Positions 45,490 through 56,720 of a stretch of DNA of 64,000 nt are shown in pieces; within the stretch, counting starts at the first letter, position 1, and every line of letters starts with the position of its first letter. A program made the translations under genes and the position numbers. The notes below the pieces were generated by a model that searched no databases, was not told the DNA's origin, and saw only the letters and a list, made by a program, of their open reading frames with translations. Source of the stretch: Patescibacteria group bacterium (GTDB taxonomy: Bacteria; Patescibacteriota; Patescibacteriia; UBA9570); NCBI GenBank assembly GCA_041665365.1, contig JBAYIY010000002.1, positions 2,178 to 66,177 of the forward strand, given 5' to 3'.

Positions 45490-48033
45490 TTAAAAAAATG
45501 AATCGGGACTAGTTAAGTCTGAACCGCCGCCTAATTGATCTAATTTGCCGCGTTCAATAACTTCGGCCTCCACAATAGCGCGATCCCGGCCAAACTTCAA
45601 GCGGGATAACTGTTTTAACTGGTTAGCCAACTCAATATTGCCGGGTGGCGGCATGATGGTTTTCATGTTGAATGGCCGACAGACGGTGTTATCGATCAAC
45701 AATTTAATATTAGCGGTATATTTTTCCACATTGATCACATCGTTTTCATCAAACACGGGAGCAAACTCTTTAGCGATCATTTCAGCATCTTCCACACCAA
45801 TCCGGAAAGCGACTTTGGTACCAACGTTGCCAAACACCGCATCTCGAATTTGGGTGTCATTATCTTTCACCAACTGCGAAATATACTGGTGAGCCAGTAT
45901 CATATCTAAGCGATATTTTCTAGCCTCAGATAAAATAATCGCAATTGAGTCGGTACAATAATTTTGAAACTCATCAATGTAGCAATAAAAATCTTTGCGC
46001 TGTTCTTTGGGCATGTTGGCGCGCCCCATGGCCGCCATTTGAATTTTGGACACCATAATCAAACCTAACAAACTGCTGTTCACTTCACCAATCGCACCCT
46101 TAGATAAATTCACCAATAATATTTTCTGATTATCCATGATATCACGCACATTAAAACCGGATTTGGTTTGACCGACAATATTACGCATCATGTCGTTGGT
46201 TAAGAACCGACCAATCTTGGAAATAACGTAAGACAACATATCGGCGGCTTGTTGTCCGGCTTGAGATTGTTCATACTCTTGTTCCCAGAAATTTTTTACA
46301 ATCAAATTTTTGACATGCTTCAATTTTTCTTTGCGGAATTTAGCATCGGTAAACATGCGCGGAATTTCGATCAAACTCGACCCGGCCTCTTTATCATCCA
46401 TCATCGCCAACATAGCATTACGCATGTAATGTTCAAACATCGGGCCAATCATTTCTTGGCCAAACAATTTATAAAAAATCGCCACCATTTCCTGTACAGC
46501 AAAATCTTTCTGTTCGTCAGTATCATATTCCAACATATTCAAACCAACTGGCCGCTCAATATCCCCGGGTGAAAAAATCACTACATCATCAGCCCGTTCT
46601 TTCGGAATGTGCTCGAGCACATCTTGGACTAAATCACCATGCGGATCAATAATACACACGCCTTCACCATTTTCTACATCCTGAATGGCTAATTGCGATA
46701 ACATCACCGATTTACCAGAACCAGTTTGCCCAATCACATACATATGCCGTTGCCGATCCGGCCGCTTTATGCGCACATCAGTGGTGACACCACGATATTC
46801 CACAAAGCCTAACTTCACCCCTTCTTTGGGCATGTTAAATGGCGGCGCGGCTTTTTTGGATAACAGCCAGCGAATATTTGGCGTTTCAGTGGTGGGTAAC
46901 GGCATGTGATACAGCGTGCAAATTTCCTTGGTGTTTAAAATAAACGATTTCTTTTGATCAAACGTGCGATAAATAAAATGCTCAAGCTCTTTTTTATTAA
47001 CACTCGGTTTGGAATTTTTAAATTCGTTCGCATACAACGTGCCAGAGTATTGTGAAAAGGCACCTAAAATAGTGTGGGTTTTATATTCAGCAATCTCCTT
47101 GGTGGAAGCCGATACCACTACTCGAATATTAACATCAAAGCCAGGATTACCGGCTTTTTCCTCAAAGCCTTTCACCACTTCTTCTTCCATAGGTGATAAA
47201 CGATATTCTCGCTCTGTTCTAATATCTATGCCCTGTTCACGTTTGGCTCGACTCTTAAAAAACATGTACTTTAAATCTATCCACAAACGATAAAAAATAA
47301 AACCGGCTACTTCGGCGCGGGCTTGCTCATATTTCTTACCCTGGTGCATCACAGCGGCAATGCGGGCTGGAATTCTGGCCCAACGCGAGTGGTTCGGCCG
47401 AATGATGAATTGAACGGCGGCGCCTTCATGCTTTTCAAATTTAGACATGACATTCGTTAAAGCATTCATCGGGTCAACTTCCAACTTGTTATAAATCAAA
47501 ATCGGAAATTCCTGACTCTTCTTCAAGCTCAGCCGTGCTGCCACTACCACTCCATTGGGTTCAAACACATTATAATCTTCCACCTCATCAATCACGGCAT
47601 CATCGTATTGCGCCTGAAACTGTTGTTCAAAATATGTTTTAAACCGGTGTGGTACAACCGCGTAATAAGTGATTAATTGATCCTTATCCGCCACAATCTC
47701 AAAACTAAAATGATCATCACCACCAAACCAAAATTCCGTCCACTTGGATTCATGCGGCACTTGGTGAATGGCACCATAAAACGCTTCGGCAATACTAATG
47801 CGGGCTTCTTCTGATTGTTTGCGATAAGACGGATTATCACCCGATTGTTTTTCTTTCAAATCTTCCTTCGGTACGCGCAACATTAAGATAGCGCGTTTCA
47901 TACTATCAGCTCGATGCACAGAACGACGCGTAAAATTTCTGATTTGAAAAATTAGTACCACTATACTAACTCCAGTCAATCCGACATAGAGCATGAAGGC
48001 GATGGTTGGATACTGTTGTATATAATCCACCAT
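45490..48033 (-). CDS. Membrane-anchored VirB4/TraC/CagE-like (AAA_10) P-loop ATPase, type-IV-secretion-type
   Basis: N-terminal TM; Walker A YVIGQTGSGKSVMLSQL...GVCIIDPHGDL; Walker B FYCYIDEFQNY; RKYRLDMILAHQYISQL motif; 847 aa. Confidence 0.5.
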   Translation of the reverse strand: MVDYIQQYPTIAFMLYVGLTGVSIVVLIFQIRNFTRRSVHRADSMKRAILMLRVPKEDLKEKQSGDNPSYRKQSEEARISIAEAFYGAIHQVPHESKWTEFWFGGDDHFSFEIVADKDQLITYYAVVPHRFKTYFEQQFQAQYDDAVIDEVEDYNVFEPNGVVVAARLSLKKSQEFPILIYNKLEVDPMNALTNVMSKFEKHEGAAVQFIIRPNHSRWARIPARIAAVMHQGKKYEQARAEVAGFIFYRLWIDLKYMFFKSRAKREQGIDIRTEREYRLSPMEEEVVKGFEEKAGNPGFDVNIRVVVSASTKEIAEYKTHTILGAFSQYSGTLYANEFKNSKPSVNKKELEHFIYRTFDQKKSFILNTKEICTLYHMPLPTTETPNIRWLLSKKAAPPFNMPKEGVKLGFVEYRGVTTDVRIKRPDRQRHMYVIGQTGSGKSVMLSQLAIQDVENGEGVCIIDPHGDLVQDVLEHIPKERADDVVIFSPGDIERPVGLNMLEYDTDEQKDFAVQEMVAIFYKLFGQEMIGPMFEHYMRNAMLAMMDDKEAGSSLIEIPRMFTDAKFRKEKLKHVKNLIVKNFWEQEYEQSQAGQQAADMLSYVISKIGRFLTNDMMRNIVGQTKSGFNVRDIMDNQKILLVNLSKGAIGEVNSSLLGLIMVSKIQMAAMGRANMPKEQRKDFYCYIDEFQNYCTDSIAIILSEARKYRLDMILAHQYISQLVKDNDTQIRDAVFGNVGTKVAFRIGVEDAEMIAKEFAPVFDENDVINVEKYTANIKLLIDNTVCRPFNMKTIMPPPGNIELANQLKQLSRLKFGRDRAIVEAEVIERGKLDQLGGGSDLTSPDSFF

Positions 48034-48036
48034 AAT

Positions 48037-48570
48037 TTATTGATGTTTGCGCCGCAACATTTCGGCTTGCCCTAGTTTCATAATCTCATCGGTTTTTAGT
48101 TTAGCCTCTTGCTCTAAAAAATAACGATTGATACCAGGAATCATTTTCAACCACGCCCGAATGAGTTCAATCACTTTGCGCGCGGTTAATTTCAAATGTA
48201 CGGTTAATTCTTCAATGACTTTGGCGATCTCCTCGCCTCGTTTACGAAATTTCTCTTGTTGAGCCGGTGTCATCGTATGATAAACATCCCCTAACCCATC
48301 AGCCATTACTTCTTCATATTTATCTTGCAACTGACTTTTACCGGTATCGTCAGTCATTATTTCGTCTTTTTTTTGTCTGGCTTGCTTGATAACATATGGA
48401 GATTCATCTGGTTTCTCCTCATTCACTTGTTTATACTGCTCAAAGGCCTGCTCAGTAGTAGATTTTACTTCCGCTGGTTTTTGTACCTCAACCGGCTTAA
48501 CTGTGGGAGCAAGATGATCGGGTAATTTTATTTCGGCTGGCTCGTGAGACATTCCATTACTATAACACAA
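48037..48570 (-). CDS. Hypothetical protein (upstream partner of the ATPase)
   Basis: 177 aa; charged, coiled-coil-like; 3-nt gap to the ATPase gene. Confidence 0.4.
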   Translation of the reverse strand: MCYSNGMSHEPAEIKLPDHLAPTVKPVEVQKPAEVKSTTEQAFEQYKQVNEEKPDESPYVIKQARQKKDEIMTDDTGKSQLQDKYEEVMADGLGDVYHTMTPAQQEKFRKRGEEIAKVIEELTVHLKLTARKVIELIRAWLKMIPGINRYFLEQEAKLKTDEIMKLGQAEMLRRKHQ

Positions 48571-48612
48571 ATTCGACTTTACAGCAATAAAACCGTTTGC
48601 TAGAGTGCCCTC

Positions 48613-49524
48613 ATGCTACATCCAGAAACGCTGACGCATAATGGGTTGCGCTGGATAGACTTAGAACAACCAACCAAGACGTCACTGCAATTCTTGAAAA
48701 ACGAGTTTCCGTTTCATGTGTTGGATTACGAAGATATCCTAGCTATTACTCATCGCTCAAAAATAGATAAATACTCTGATTATATTTTTTTGGTATTGTT
48801 GTTTCCGTTACTTGATCGTAAAACCAATACGATTCGATCTGGTGAGATAGATTTTTTCTTAGGCAAAGATTATGTCGTCACGGTACACCGCGGTGACATT
48901 CCACCATTTGTTGATTTGTTTCAAGTCTGTACTGCTTCAGAAGAATCCCGCAATCAGTATATGGTGGCATCACCGCAGTTTTTATTGTACAAGATATTAC
49001 AACGCTTGTTTCAATATTGTTATCCCCTATTAGATAATATCGATGCTGAAATTGATCAAATTGAACGCCGGATTTTTTCAACTGGCCAACAAAGTTTATT
49101 GCAAGAAATTTTAGTTACCCGGCAAAATATTATTGATATTAGACGCATTGTACAACCCCACCGGCAAATTCTAATGCACTTACGCAGCGTTGAATTAGAT
49201 AAAAAATATATTGATTACTTCGATGACTTACTCGATTACACCCAAGAAATCTGGAACCAGTTAGAATCATATAAAGAATCGATTGAGGCACTACATGAAA
49301 CCAACCAATCGTTGATTTCTTATCGCATTAATGAGGTGATTAAAACTCTCACAGTTTTTTCGGCACTCATGTTACCCGCCGGTGTGATCGCCGGATTATT
49401 TGGCATGAATGCTGTCGATATTCCCTTTGCCGGACAACCGGAAGATTTCTACATTTTTACTGCCCTCACCGGTTTAGGAATCGGCTTAACTTTACTCTAT
49501 ATTAAAAGAAAGAAATTACTGTAA
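48613..49524 (+). CDS. corA: CorA family magnesium/cobalt transporter
   Basis: C-terminal two TMs with the FGMNA (GMN) signature. Confidence 0.8.
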   Translation: MLHPETLTHNGLRWIDLEQPTKTSLQFLKNEFPFHVLDYEDILAITHRSKIDKYSDYIFLVLLFPLLDRKTNTIRSGEIDFFLGKDYVVTVHRGDIPPFVDLFQVCTASEESRNQYMVASPQFLLYKILQRLFQYCYPLLDNIDAEIDQIERRIFSTGQQSLLQEILVTRQNIIDIRRIVQPHRQILMHLRSVELDKKYIDYFDDLLDYTQEIWNQLESYKESIEALHETNQSLISYRINEVIKTLTVFSALMLPAGVIAGLFGMNAVDIPFAGQPEDFYIFTALTGLGIGLTLLYIKRKKLL

Positions 49525-49526
49525 TC

Positions 49527-50897
49527 ATGAAACTCTATAATACTCTTACTCACCAACTAGATACTTTCACTCCCCTAGATCATAACCGCGTGGGTTTATA
49601 TACTTGTGGGCCAACCGTTTATAATTATGCCCATATTGGTAATTTACGCACTTATATATTTGAAGATATTTTAAGAAGAGTCTTGCAGTATAACGGTTAT
49701 GAAGTGAATCATGTCATGAATATTACAGATGTTGGACATTTAACCGATGATGCTGATGCCGGTGAAGATAAACTGGAAGTGGGCGCTGCCCGGGAGAAAA
49801 AATCCGTCTGGGATATTGCCAAATTTTATACCGAAGCCTTTTTCCAAGATAGTAAAGATCTTAATTTGTTAGAACCCAAGATAATTTGTCGCGCCACTGA
49901 CCATATTGAAGAACAAGTAAATTTAATAGTAGCCTTACAAGCTAAAGGTTTTACTTACCAAACCAAAGACGGTATTTATTTTGATACCAGTAAGTTATCT
50001 GATTACGGCAAGTTAGCCAGACTAGATATTAAAGGTTTAGCGGCTGGCAACCGAGTGACCATGGGTGAAAAGAAACACCCCACTGATTTTGCTTTATGGA
50101 AGCTCAGTCCAAAAAATAGTAAACGCCTGATGGAATGGAATTCTCCCTGGGGAGTAGGCTTTCCGGGGTGGCACATTGAGTGTTCAGCCATGAGTTTAAA
50201 ATACTTAGGCGATCATTTTGATATTCACTGCGGTGGGATTGATCATATCCCTGTCCATCACACCAATGAGATCGCCCAAAACGAAGCCGCGGCTGGGCAT
50301 CAAACTGTTAATTATTGGTTACACGGCGAATTTTTGCTCACTAATGATGAGCGCATGGGAAAATCCCAGGGGAATTTCTTAACTTTACAATTACTCAAAG
50401 ATAAAGGTTTTGACCCACTCGCCTACCGCTATTTCTGTTTCACTGCCCATTATCGCCAGAAACTAAATTTTACTTTTGAGGCTTTAACCGGCGCGCAACA
50501 AGCGCTGGAAAAATTACGACACCAAATGTTAACTTGGCCGGAACCAACTGAAGTGGATACTGTCACCATTGAAAAATTCACCCAAGCCATCAATGATGAT
50601 CTAAACATGCCACAAGTATTGGCTATAGTTTGGACTATGGTGCGATCAAATATGGATCCCAGTATCAAACATGCCACCATGTTAGAAATGGATATAGTTT
50701 TAGGCTTACATCTTAATCAATCACCGATCAGTATTCCGGCAGAAATTATGGAATTGGTTATGGCTCGAGAAACGGCTCGTGAAGCGAAAGAGTGGAAAGT
50801 ATCCGATGAGTTACGTGATAAAATTGCTCAACATGGGTTTGTCGTTGAGGATACTAAAACTGGTGCACGGGTATTTCCCTTGATAAAAAAAACATGA
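49527..50897 (+). CDS. cysS: Cysteine--tRNA ligase
   Basis: [17 protein letters not shown] (HIGH); KMGKSQGN (KMSKS). Confidence 0.9.
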   Translation: MKLYNTLTHQLDTFTPLDHNRVGLYTCGPTVYNYAHIGNLRTYIFEDILRRVLQYNGYEVNHVMNITDVGHLTDDADAGEDKLEVGAAREKKSVWDIAKFYTEAFFQDSKDLNLLEPKIICRATDHIEEQVNLIVALQAKGFTYQTKDGIYFDTSKLSDYGKLARLDIKGLAAGNRVTMGEKKHPTDFALWKLSPKNSKRLMEWNSPWGVGFPGWHIECSAMSLKYLGDHFDIHCGGIDHIPVHHTNEIAQNEAAAGHQTVNYWLHGEFLLTNDERMGKSQGNFLTLQLLKDKGFDPLAYRYFCFTAHYRQKLNFTFEALTGAQQALEKLRHQMLTWPEPTEVDTVTIEKFTQAINDDLNMPQVLAIVWTMVRSNMDPSIKHATMLEMDIVLGLHLNQSPISIPAEIMELVMARETAREAKEWKVSDELRDKIAQHGFVVEDTKTGARVFPLIKKT

Positions 50898-51862
50898 AGA
50901 ATCCGTGGTTGGATTTACCGAAACCAGTGGTGTGGTTAGCACCGATGAGTGGCATAACCAATTTAGCTTACCGGTTAATGGTTAAACAATTCGCCTCTGA
51001 TATTCTTTTTCCTGAATTTGTGTCCATTGATGCCATGCATTATGGTGCAGAAAAGTCTGACCAACTATTGGTTTATCAGGATAATGAGAGACCGATTATA
51101 GCTCAGTTGTTTGGCGCTGACCCAGACTTATTTCATGAGGCAGCTATAAAAATAAAACAATTAGGTTTTGATGGTGTTGATATAAACTTTGGTTGCCCGG
51201 CGCCGAAAGTAGCCAAGAACGGAGGTGGTTGCACTCTACTAAGTGATTTGGATAAATGTCGCGCCATCATAGAGGCTGTAATAGACGCTGTGGGTCAAGA
51301 CATGCCCGTATCTGTTAAAACTAGAGTCAGTTATAAATCAGTTCATGTACGCGATTTTTGCAAAAAGATTTCCGATTTACCATTGAGTAATATCACCATT
51401 CATGGTCGACCATTTGAAAAACCTTATGAAGGGGCCGCTGATTTAGATTGTATTAAAGAAGCTAAACAATTAGTACCATTTTTAGTGTGTGCCTCTGGTC
51501 ATGGCCATACACCCGAAGCGGCTAAATACACTTTAGACTATACTGGCTGTGATGGCATCGCTGTAGCCCGAGGGACATTTGGCAAACCCTGGTTAATTAA
51601 ACAAATCAAAGATTATTTAACTACTGGCCAATATTGGCAGCCCACCCAGAGTGAGATTTTAAATGTGATGTTGCAGCACGCTCGTTTGGCTGCTGAAAGT
51701 GAGGTTGATAAACCTTTTGTAGAAATAAGGAAAGTCTTAGGTTGGTACATTCGCGGTATCCCTAATGCGGCACAATATCGGGCTCAGTTAGTTAGGGTGA
51801 ACTCACTCGAAGAAGTTGAAGTTATAGTGGGAGAGATACGGAATAATTTACTTAGCAACTAA
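50894..51862 (+). CDS. tRNA-dihydrouridine synthase
   Basis: [13 protein letters not shown]...[24 protein letters not shown]-binding TIM-barrel motifs. Confidence 0.8.
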   Translation: MKNPWLDLPKPVVWLAPMSGITNLAYRLMVKQFASDILFPEFVSIDAMHYGAEKSDQLLVYQDNERPIIAQLFGADPDLFHEAAIKIKQLGFDGVDINFGCPAPKVAKNGGGCTLLSDLDKCRAIIEAVIDAVGQDMPVSVKTRVSYKSVHVRDFCKKISDLPLSNITIHGRPFEKPYEGAADLDCIKEAKQLVPFLVCASGHGHTPEAAKYTLDYTGCDGIAVARGTFGKPWLIKQIKDYLTTGQYWQPTQSEILNVMLQHARLAAESEVDKPFVEIRKVLGWYIRGIPNAAQYRAQLVRVNSLEEVEVIVGEIRNNLLSN

Positions 51863-51877
51863 AACACCTCCCCAACC

Positions 51878-51940
51878 CTCCTATCGTAGGAGGGGGTAAG
51901 AAAATAGACAGATTTTTTTTCAACCCCTTCCTACAATAGG
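51878..51940. repeat. Two related GC-rich hairpins in tandem between convergent genes
   Basis: CCCTCCTA-tcg-TAGGAGGG and CCCCTTCCTA-caa-TAGGAAGGGG, separated by a T8 run. Confidence 0.4.
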
Positions 51941-51988
51941 AAGGGGTGGCCCGAGTCATCGAGGGACGGGGATGGTGTCCTAAGGTTC

Positions 51989-52618
51989 CTACTCTCTATT
52001 TCTTCCCACTACAATCATAGCCACGATCGGGGCGGCGATCCAGGCAAAATGAGTCCACTCGTTAGTGAAGATATATTGCGTTAAAGGCGAAAATTTATTC
52101 AGGATATTTACCGGCATAAAAGACAGTGTCACGGACACGAGTAAACCCACATGGAGTATGCTGAACACTAAAGTCTGCCACCACTTCCCTTCTCCATTTG
52201 GAGCCAGCGCATTCAACACCGCTTGGCGCGATAACAAAAAGAATAACACAATAAACACAGCAATAAACGCCGTAATCTGCACCGTGTAACTATCATTCAC
52301 TTTAATATTCAAAACAAAATCCGGTAACGCCGCTACTACCGCTAGCGCCATGTAAATACTAACCATGATGGCAATAATACGATCTTTTCCCAGAGATAAA
52401 CCATAAAGTAAAGCTCCCACAATAAAAAAACCAACTAGAAAAAGATCCCAAGTTGGATTATTCAAATCAATTTTCTTTAAGGCCGTATCAATATTAACCT
52501 GAGCGGAAGAAATCGTTTCACCCGAATTCGTTGCCGCATTGGTGTTTGTTACTGTGCCTGTGGCCGTGTTGGTATTAGTAACAACTGTAATATTTTTTTT
52601 AACTGTTTTGTCTTTCAT
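51989..52618 (-). CDS. Hypothetical membrane protein
   Basis: Thr/Asn-rich N-terminus followed by about 5 TM segments. Confidence 0.45.
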   Translation of the reverse strand: MKDKTVKKNITVVTNTNTATGTVTNTNAATNSGETISSAQVNIDTALKKIDLNNPTWDLFLVGFFIVGALLYGLSLGKDRIIAIMVSIYMALAVVAALPDFVLNIKVNDSYTVQITAFIAVFIVLFFLLSRQAVLNALAPNGEGKWWQTLVFSILHVGLLVSVTLSFMPVNILNKFSPLTQYIFTNEWTHFAWIAAPIVAMIVVGRNRE

Positions 52619-52657
52619 TCACAGATCAGTATACCACAGCCGAACTATCTGAATCAA

Positions 52658-53803
52658 CTAAAAACCAAACAAGCCACCGCCAGCATCAACGGATTCAGCA
52701 TGCAGGGCGGCTAAATCTTGGAAAAGTTTCTTGTCTTTCTTGGATAATTTAGTTGGAGTTATTACTGTTACAGTAACTAACTGATCACCTCTGTCACTAG
52801 AACTACCTAAATGTGGCACACCTTTATCTCTTAATCTAAATATTTTACCCGATTGTGTGCCGGCTGGAATTTTTAACTCGATCTTACCATCGACGGTATC
52901 AACATCAACATGGGTGCCAAGCGCCGCTTGAGCAAAAGATACTTCCAACTCGGTGAGAATGTCATATTGTTTGCGGGTAAACTCTTTACTGGGTTTTACG
53001 CGCACCCGTACATACAAATCACCGGCTCTACCGCCATACGCTGGCATTTCCCCTTCTCCATCCAAACGAATCATTTGGTTATCATCAATGCCAGCGGGAA
53101 TCTTCACAGAAAATTTAGCCGTTTTTTTCTTCACACCGGTACCGGTACACTCATTACATTTTTTCTCCGGCAATGAACCAGTGCCACGACACTCCGGGCA
53201 AGTGGCGCGCGACCGCATCGCACCAAGAATAGTGCGCTGAATTTGTTCAACTACACCATGGCCACCGCACGTTGCACATTGTTTGGTCTTACTACCTGGC
53301 TCTGCGCCATCACCATGGCAGTGTGCACAAGCGGCCGTTTTATAAACTTCAATCTCTTGCTCAGAACCAAACACAGCCTGTTTAAAATCCAAATCCACTT
53401 TGACTTCAATATCCGAACCGGTTGTCTGACGTCGACTGGAACCACCGCCACCGCCAAAAAAATCTGAAAAGATATCACCGATATCACCAAAATCAAAATT
53501 GGCTCCACTAAACCCACCGCCACCTTGCGATTGCTGCCTGGCCTGACGCATGTAATCATTCCAATTCATGCCACCACCAAAACCACCCTGTTGCTCAAAG
53601 TCTGCCCCGTATTGATCATATTGTTTGCGCTTCTCCGCATTGCCCACCACCTGATAAGCCTCGTTAATCTCTTTAAACTTAGCCTCATCACCCGACGCCT
53701 TGTCCGGGTGATACTGGTGCGCTAATTTTCGAAACGCCTTTTTGATCTCATCATGCGAGGCACCTTTTTCGATTCCGAGTGTTTTGTAATAATCTTTAGA
53801 CAT
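52658..53803 (-). CDS. dnaJ: Chaperone DnaJ
   Basis: J-domain YYKTLGIEKGASHDEIKKAFRKLAHQYHPD; G/F region; four CxxCxGxG zinc-finger repeats. Confidence 0.95.
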   Translation of the reverse strand: MSKDYYKTLGIEKGASHDEIKKAFRKLAHQYHPDKASGDEAKFKEINEAYQVVGNAEKRKQYDQYGADFEQQGGFGGGMNWNDYMRQARQQSQGGGGFSGANFDFGDIGDIFSDFFGGGGGSSRRQTTGSDIEVKVDLDFKQAVFGSEQEIEVYKTAACAHCHGDGAEPGSKTKQCATCGGHGVVEQIQRTILGAMRSRATCPECRGTGSLPEKKCNECTGTGVKKKTAKFSVKIPAGIDDNQMIRLDGEGEMPAYGGRAGDLYVRVRVKPSKEFTRKQYDILTELEVSFAQAALGTHVDVDTVDGKIELKIPAGTQSGKIFRLRDKGVPHLGSSSDRGDQLVTVTVITPTKLSKKDKKLFQDLAALHAESVDAGGGLFGF

Positions 53804-53811
53804 GAATCAAT

Positions 53812-55731
53812 TTAATCCTTCTTCTCCTTAAACTCAGCATCCTCTACAACCTCTCCCTCTTTTGTCTTTCCTTCAGCGTCTTCAGGTTTTTGTTCAGCGC
53901 CTTTCTGCGATCCCTTGTCCGCCTCTTGCGCGGCTTTATAGGCTACCTCACCCATCTTCTGCGCGGCGGTGGCTAACTCATCAGAGGTTTTTTTGATCTT
54001 TTCAATGTCATCACCGGACAGAGCAGTTTTAACATCTTCCATTTTATCTTGAATGTTTTTTACTTCTTCCGGAGATAATTTAGCACCATGTTCTTTGACG
54101 GCTTTCTCGGTGGTATAAACCATCGTTTCCGCCAGATTCTTAGTTTCAGTCAACTCTTTTTTCTTGCGATCTTCATCGGCATGTAACTCGGCTTCTTTGG
54201 CCATCTTTTCCACTTCTTCTTTACTTAAACCAGTGGAAGCGGTAATACGAATACTTTGCTCTTTATTGGTGGCTTTATCTTTGGCTTTCACATTAAGAAT
54301 ACCATTAGCATCGATATCAAACGTCACTTCAACTTGTGGCAAACCACGGGGCGCTGGTGGTAAACCAGTTAAAACAAACTTACCGAGCGATTTATTATCC
54401 GCGGCCATTTCCCGTTCACCTTGCAACACATGAATCTCCACTGAGGTTTGATTATCAGCCGCGGTACTAAACACCTGGCTCTTGGAGGTTGGAATGGTGG
54501 TATTGCGTGGAATCAATGGTGTGCGCACACCGCCGAGGGTTTCTAAACCTAAGGTTAAAGGTGTGACATCAAGTAGCAATACATCTTTCACTTCGCCTTG
54601 TAACACACCGGCCTGAATGGCAGCACCAATGGCGACAACTTCATCCGGGTTTACGCCAGCGTGTGGTTCTTTTCCAAAAAATTCTTTCACTTTACGAATC
54701 ACCATCGGCATACGCGTCATTCCACCCACTAACACCACTTCATGAATATCACCCACTGACAAACCGGCGTCTTTTAAAGCGGCTTTGACTGGCTCCATGG
54801 ATTTATCCACCAAGCCACCCACTAACTCTTCCAATTTAGAGCGCGTTAAACGAATGACTAAATGTTTTGGACCAGTTGACGGATCGTTCGCGATAAATGG
54901 CTGATTAATTTCCGTTTCTTGCGCAGACGACAATTCAATCTTGGCTTTCTCAGCCGCTTCTTTTAAACGTTGTAAAGCTAATTTATCTTTGGAAAGATCA
55001 ATCCCTTCTTGTTTCTTAAATTCATCAATTAACCATTTAATTAAATACTGATCAAAGTCATCACCGCCTAAGTGCGTATCACCATTAGTGGCTTTTACTT
55101 CAACGGTATCGTTACCGACTTCCAGAATGGAAATATCAAACGTACCACCGCCTAAATCATAGACGGCAATTTTCTCATCGGCTTTTTTATCAAAGCCATA
55201 AGCTAAGGCCGCCGCGGTTGGTTCATTGATAATCCGTTTGACATCCAAGCCAGCGATTTTACCGGCGTCTTTAGTGGCCTGACGTTGGGCATCATCAAAA
55301 TACGCTGGCACAGTAATGACAGCTTCTGTCACTGGTGCACCTAATCTGGCTTCAGCATCGGCTTTTAATTTCGCTAACACCATGGCCGAAATTTCCTGAG
55401 GGGCATAATTTTTATCACCCATCTTCACACTAACACCTTCACCATCTTGTTTCACAGCATAAGGTAACATCTTAATATCACTCTGCACGGTGGCTTCACC
55501 AAACCGGCGGCCAATTAAACGCTTCACCGAAAAGATAGTATTATCGGCATTGGTCACGGCCTGACGTTTGGCCACTTGCCCCACCAGACGATCTCCATTT
55601 TTCGATAAGGCTACCACTGACGGAGTCGTGCGCAGTCCTTCTGAATTTTCTAATACTTTTGGTTGTCCACCTTCAATCACTGCCACGCAGGAGTTGGTAG
55701 TACCAAGATCAATTCCGATAATTTTTCCCAT
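53812..55731 (-). CDS. dnaK: Chaperone DnaK (Hsp70)
   Basis: [18 protein letters not shown]..., DLGGGTFD, full Hsp70 architecture. Confidence 0.97.
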   Translation of the reverse strand: MGKIIGIDLGTTNSCVAVIEGGQPKVLENSEGLRTTPSVVALSKNGDRLVGQVAKRQAVTNADNTIFSVKRLIGRRFGEATVQSDIKMLPYAVKQDGEGVSVKMGDKNYAPQEISAMVLAKLKADAEARLGAPVTEAVITVPAYFDDAQRQATKDAGKIAGLDVKRIINEPTAAALAYGFDKKADEKIAVYDLGGGTFDISILEVGNDTVEVKATNGDTHLGGDDFDQYLIKWLIDEFKKQEGIDLSKDKLALQRLKEAAEKAKIELSSAQETEINQPFIANDPSTGPKHLVIRLTRSKLEELVGGLVDKSMEPVKAALKDAGLSVGDIHEVVLVGGMTRMPMVIRKVKEFFGKEPHAGVNPDEVVAIGAAIQAGVLQGEVKDVLLLDVTPLTLGLETLGGVRTPLIPRNTTIPTSKSQVFSTAADNQTSVEIHVLQGEREMAADNKSLGKFVLTGLPPAPRGLPQVEVTFDIDANGILNVKAKDKATNKEQSIRITASTGLSKEEVEKMAKEAELHADEDRKKKELTETKNLAETMVYTTEKAVKEHGAKLSPEEVKNIQDKMEDVKTALSGDDIEKIKKTSDELATAAQKMGEVAYKAAQEADKGSQKGAEQKPEDAEGKTKEGEVVEDAEFKEKKD

Positions 55732-55776
55732 AAATTTTTTATTGAGACATGCCATGGCATGTCTTTACTAATTAAG

Positions 55777-56199
55777 TTACTTAGTTGAAACTTTAATCGT
55801 CTTTTTCTGTGCCACAGTCGCTTTGGGGATACTAACTTTTAGCATACCACTGACATAATCGGCTTTGGCTTGATCGCCATCCACGCTGCAAGGTAAAGCC
55901 ACCGCGCGATGGAAAGATCCATAACGCACTTCTTTGCGATAATAATCTTTTTCATCGACTTCGGATTGTTTTTCACTACTCCCTTCAATCGATAACACAT
56001 CGTTTTCAATTGAAATTTTTAACTTGTCGGCATCCACTCCGGGTAATGGAGTTTCTACCACCACTTGATTATCTTTTTCATAGACATCAACCGCTGGAGA
56101 GAAATTACCAGCCGTTAAATTGCCAGAAAAATCTTCGAACATATTGTTGAAATCCTGAAACATGGGCGGGTTAACGGGTGACCATTTTACTAATCTCAT
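55777..56199 (-). CDS. Hsp20/alpha-crystallin small heat-shock protein
   Basis: Alpha-crystallin domain (VDVYEKDNQVVVETPLPGV...GSFHRAVALP...GMLKVSIPK). It lies between grpE and dnaK. Confidence 0.8.
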   Translation of the reverse strand: MRLVKWSPVNPPMFQDFNNMFEDFSGNLTAGNFSPAVDVYEKDNQVVVETPLPGVDADKLKISIENDVLSIEGSSEKQSEVDEKDYYRKEVRYGSFHRAVALPCSVDGDQAKADYVSGMLKVSIPKATVAQKKTIKVSTK

Positions 56200-56228
56200 A
56201 GGTATGTTTATTAATGTTATTAATTGAT

Positions 56229-56717
56229 TTATTTTTTCGCCACAATGACTTTGGCGTGACGAATCACTTTATCGTGCATCATGAAACCAGCTTGGGCTTC
56301 ACGCACGATGGTTTGATCGGGTTGCTCGGAGGCTTCTTCACCCACCGCCTCATGGAGGTGTGGATCAAACGGTTTACCAACCGTCTCCATTCGTTCAACC
56401 GAATGGTTTTTTAAAACTTGGAGTAAATAAGTTTGAATGTGCTTAACACCTTGCAGCCAAGGTTGCGTCAGTTGTTCCGGTGGAATAGCTTGGAAAGCGC
56501 TATCGAAATAATCTACCAGTGGGCAAAGTTCCTGCAGTAAATCTTCATTGGCAAATTGTCTAATATGTTTTAAACGTTCGTCTGTTTCCCGTTGTAAGTT
56601 TCTGTAATCGGCCGTGGCTCGTTGCGCCACTTCTTTATAATCAATTTCAGTTGGTTCTTCCGGCGTTTCTTCCGCCTGTTCTTCGACGGCCGGTTCAATT
56701 GGTTCTGTTTCAGTCAT
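56229..56717 (-). CDS. grpE: Nucleotide exchange factor GrpE
   Basis: Acidic N-terminus; ...DYRNLQRETDERLKHIRQFANEDLLQEL.... Confidence 0.85.
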   Translation of the reverse strand: MTETEPIEPAVEEQAEETPEEPTEIDYKEVAQRATADYRNLQRETDERLKHIRQFANEDLLQELCPLVDYFDSAFQAIPPEQLTQPWLQGVKHIQTYLLQVLKNHSVERMETVGKPFDPHLHEAVGEEASEQPDQTIVREAQAGFMMHDKVIRHAKVIVAKK

Positions 56718-56720
56718 ATT

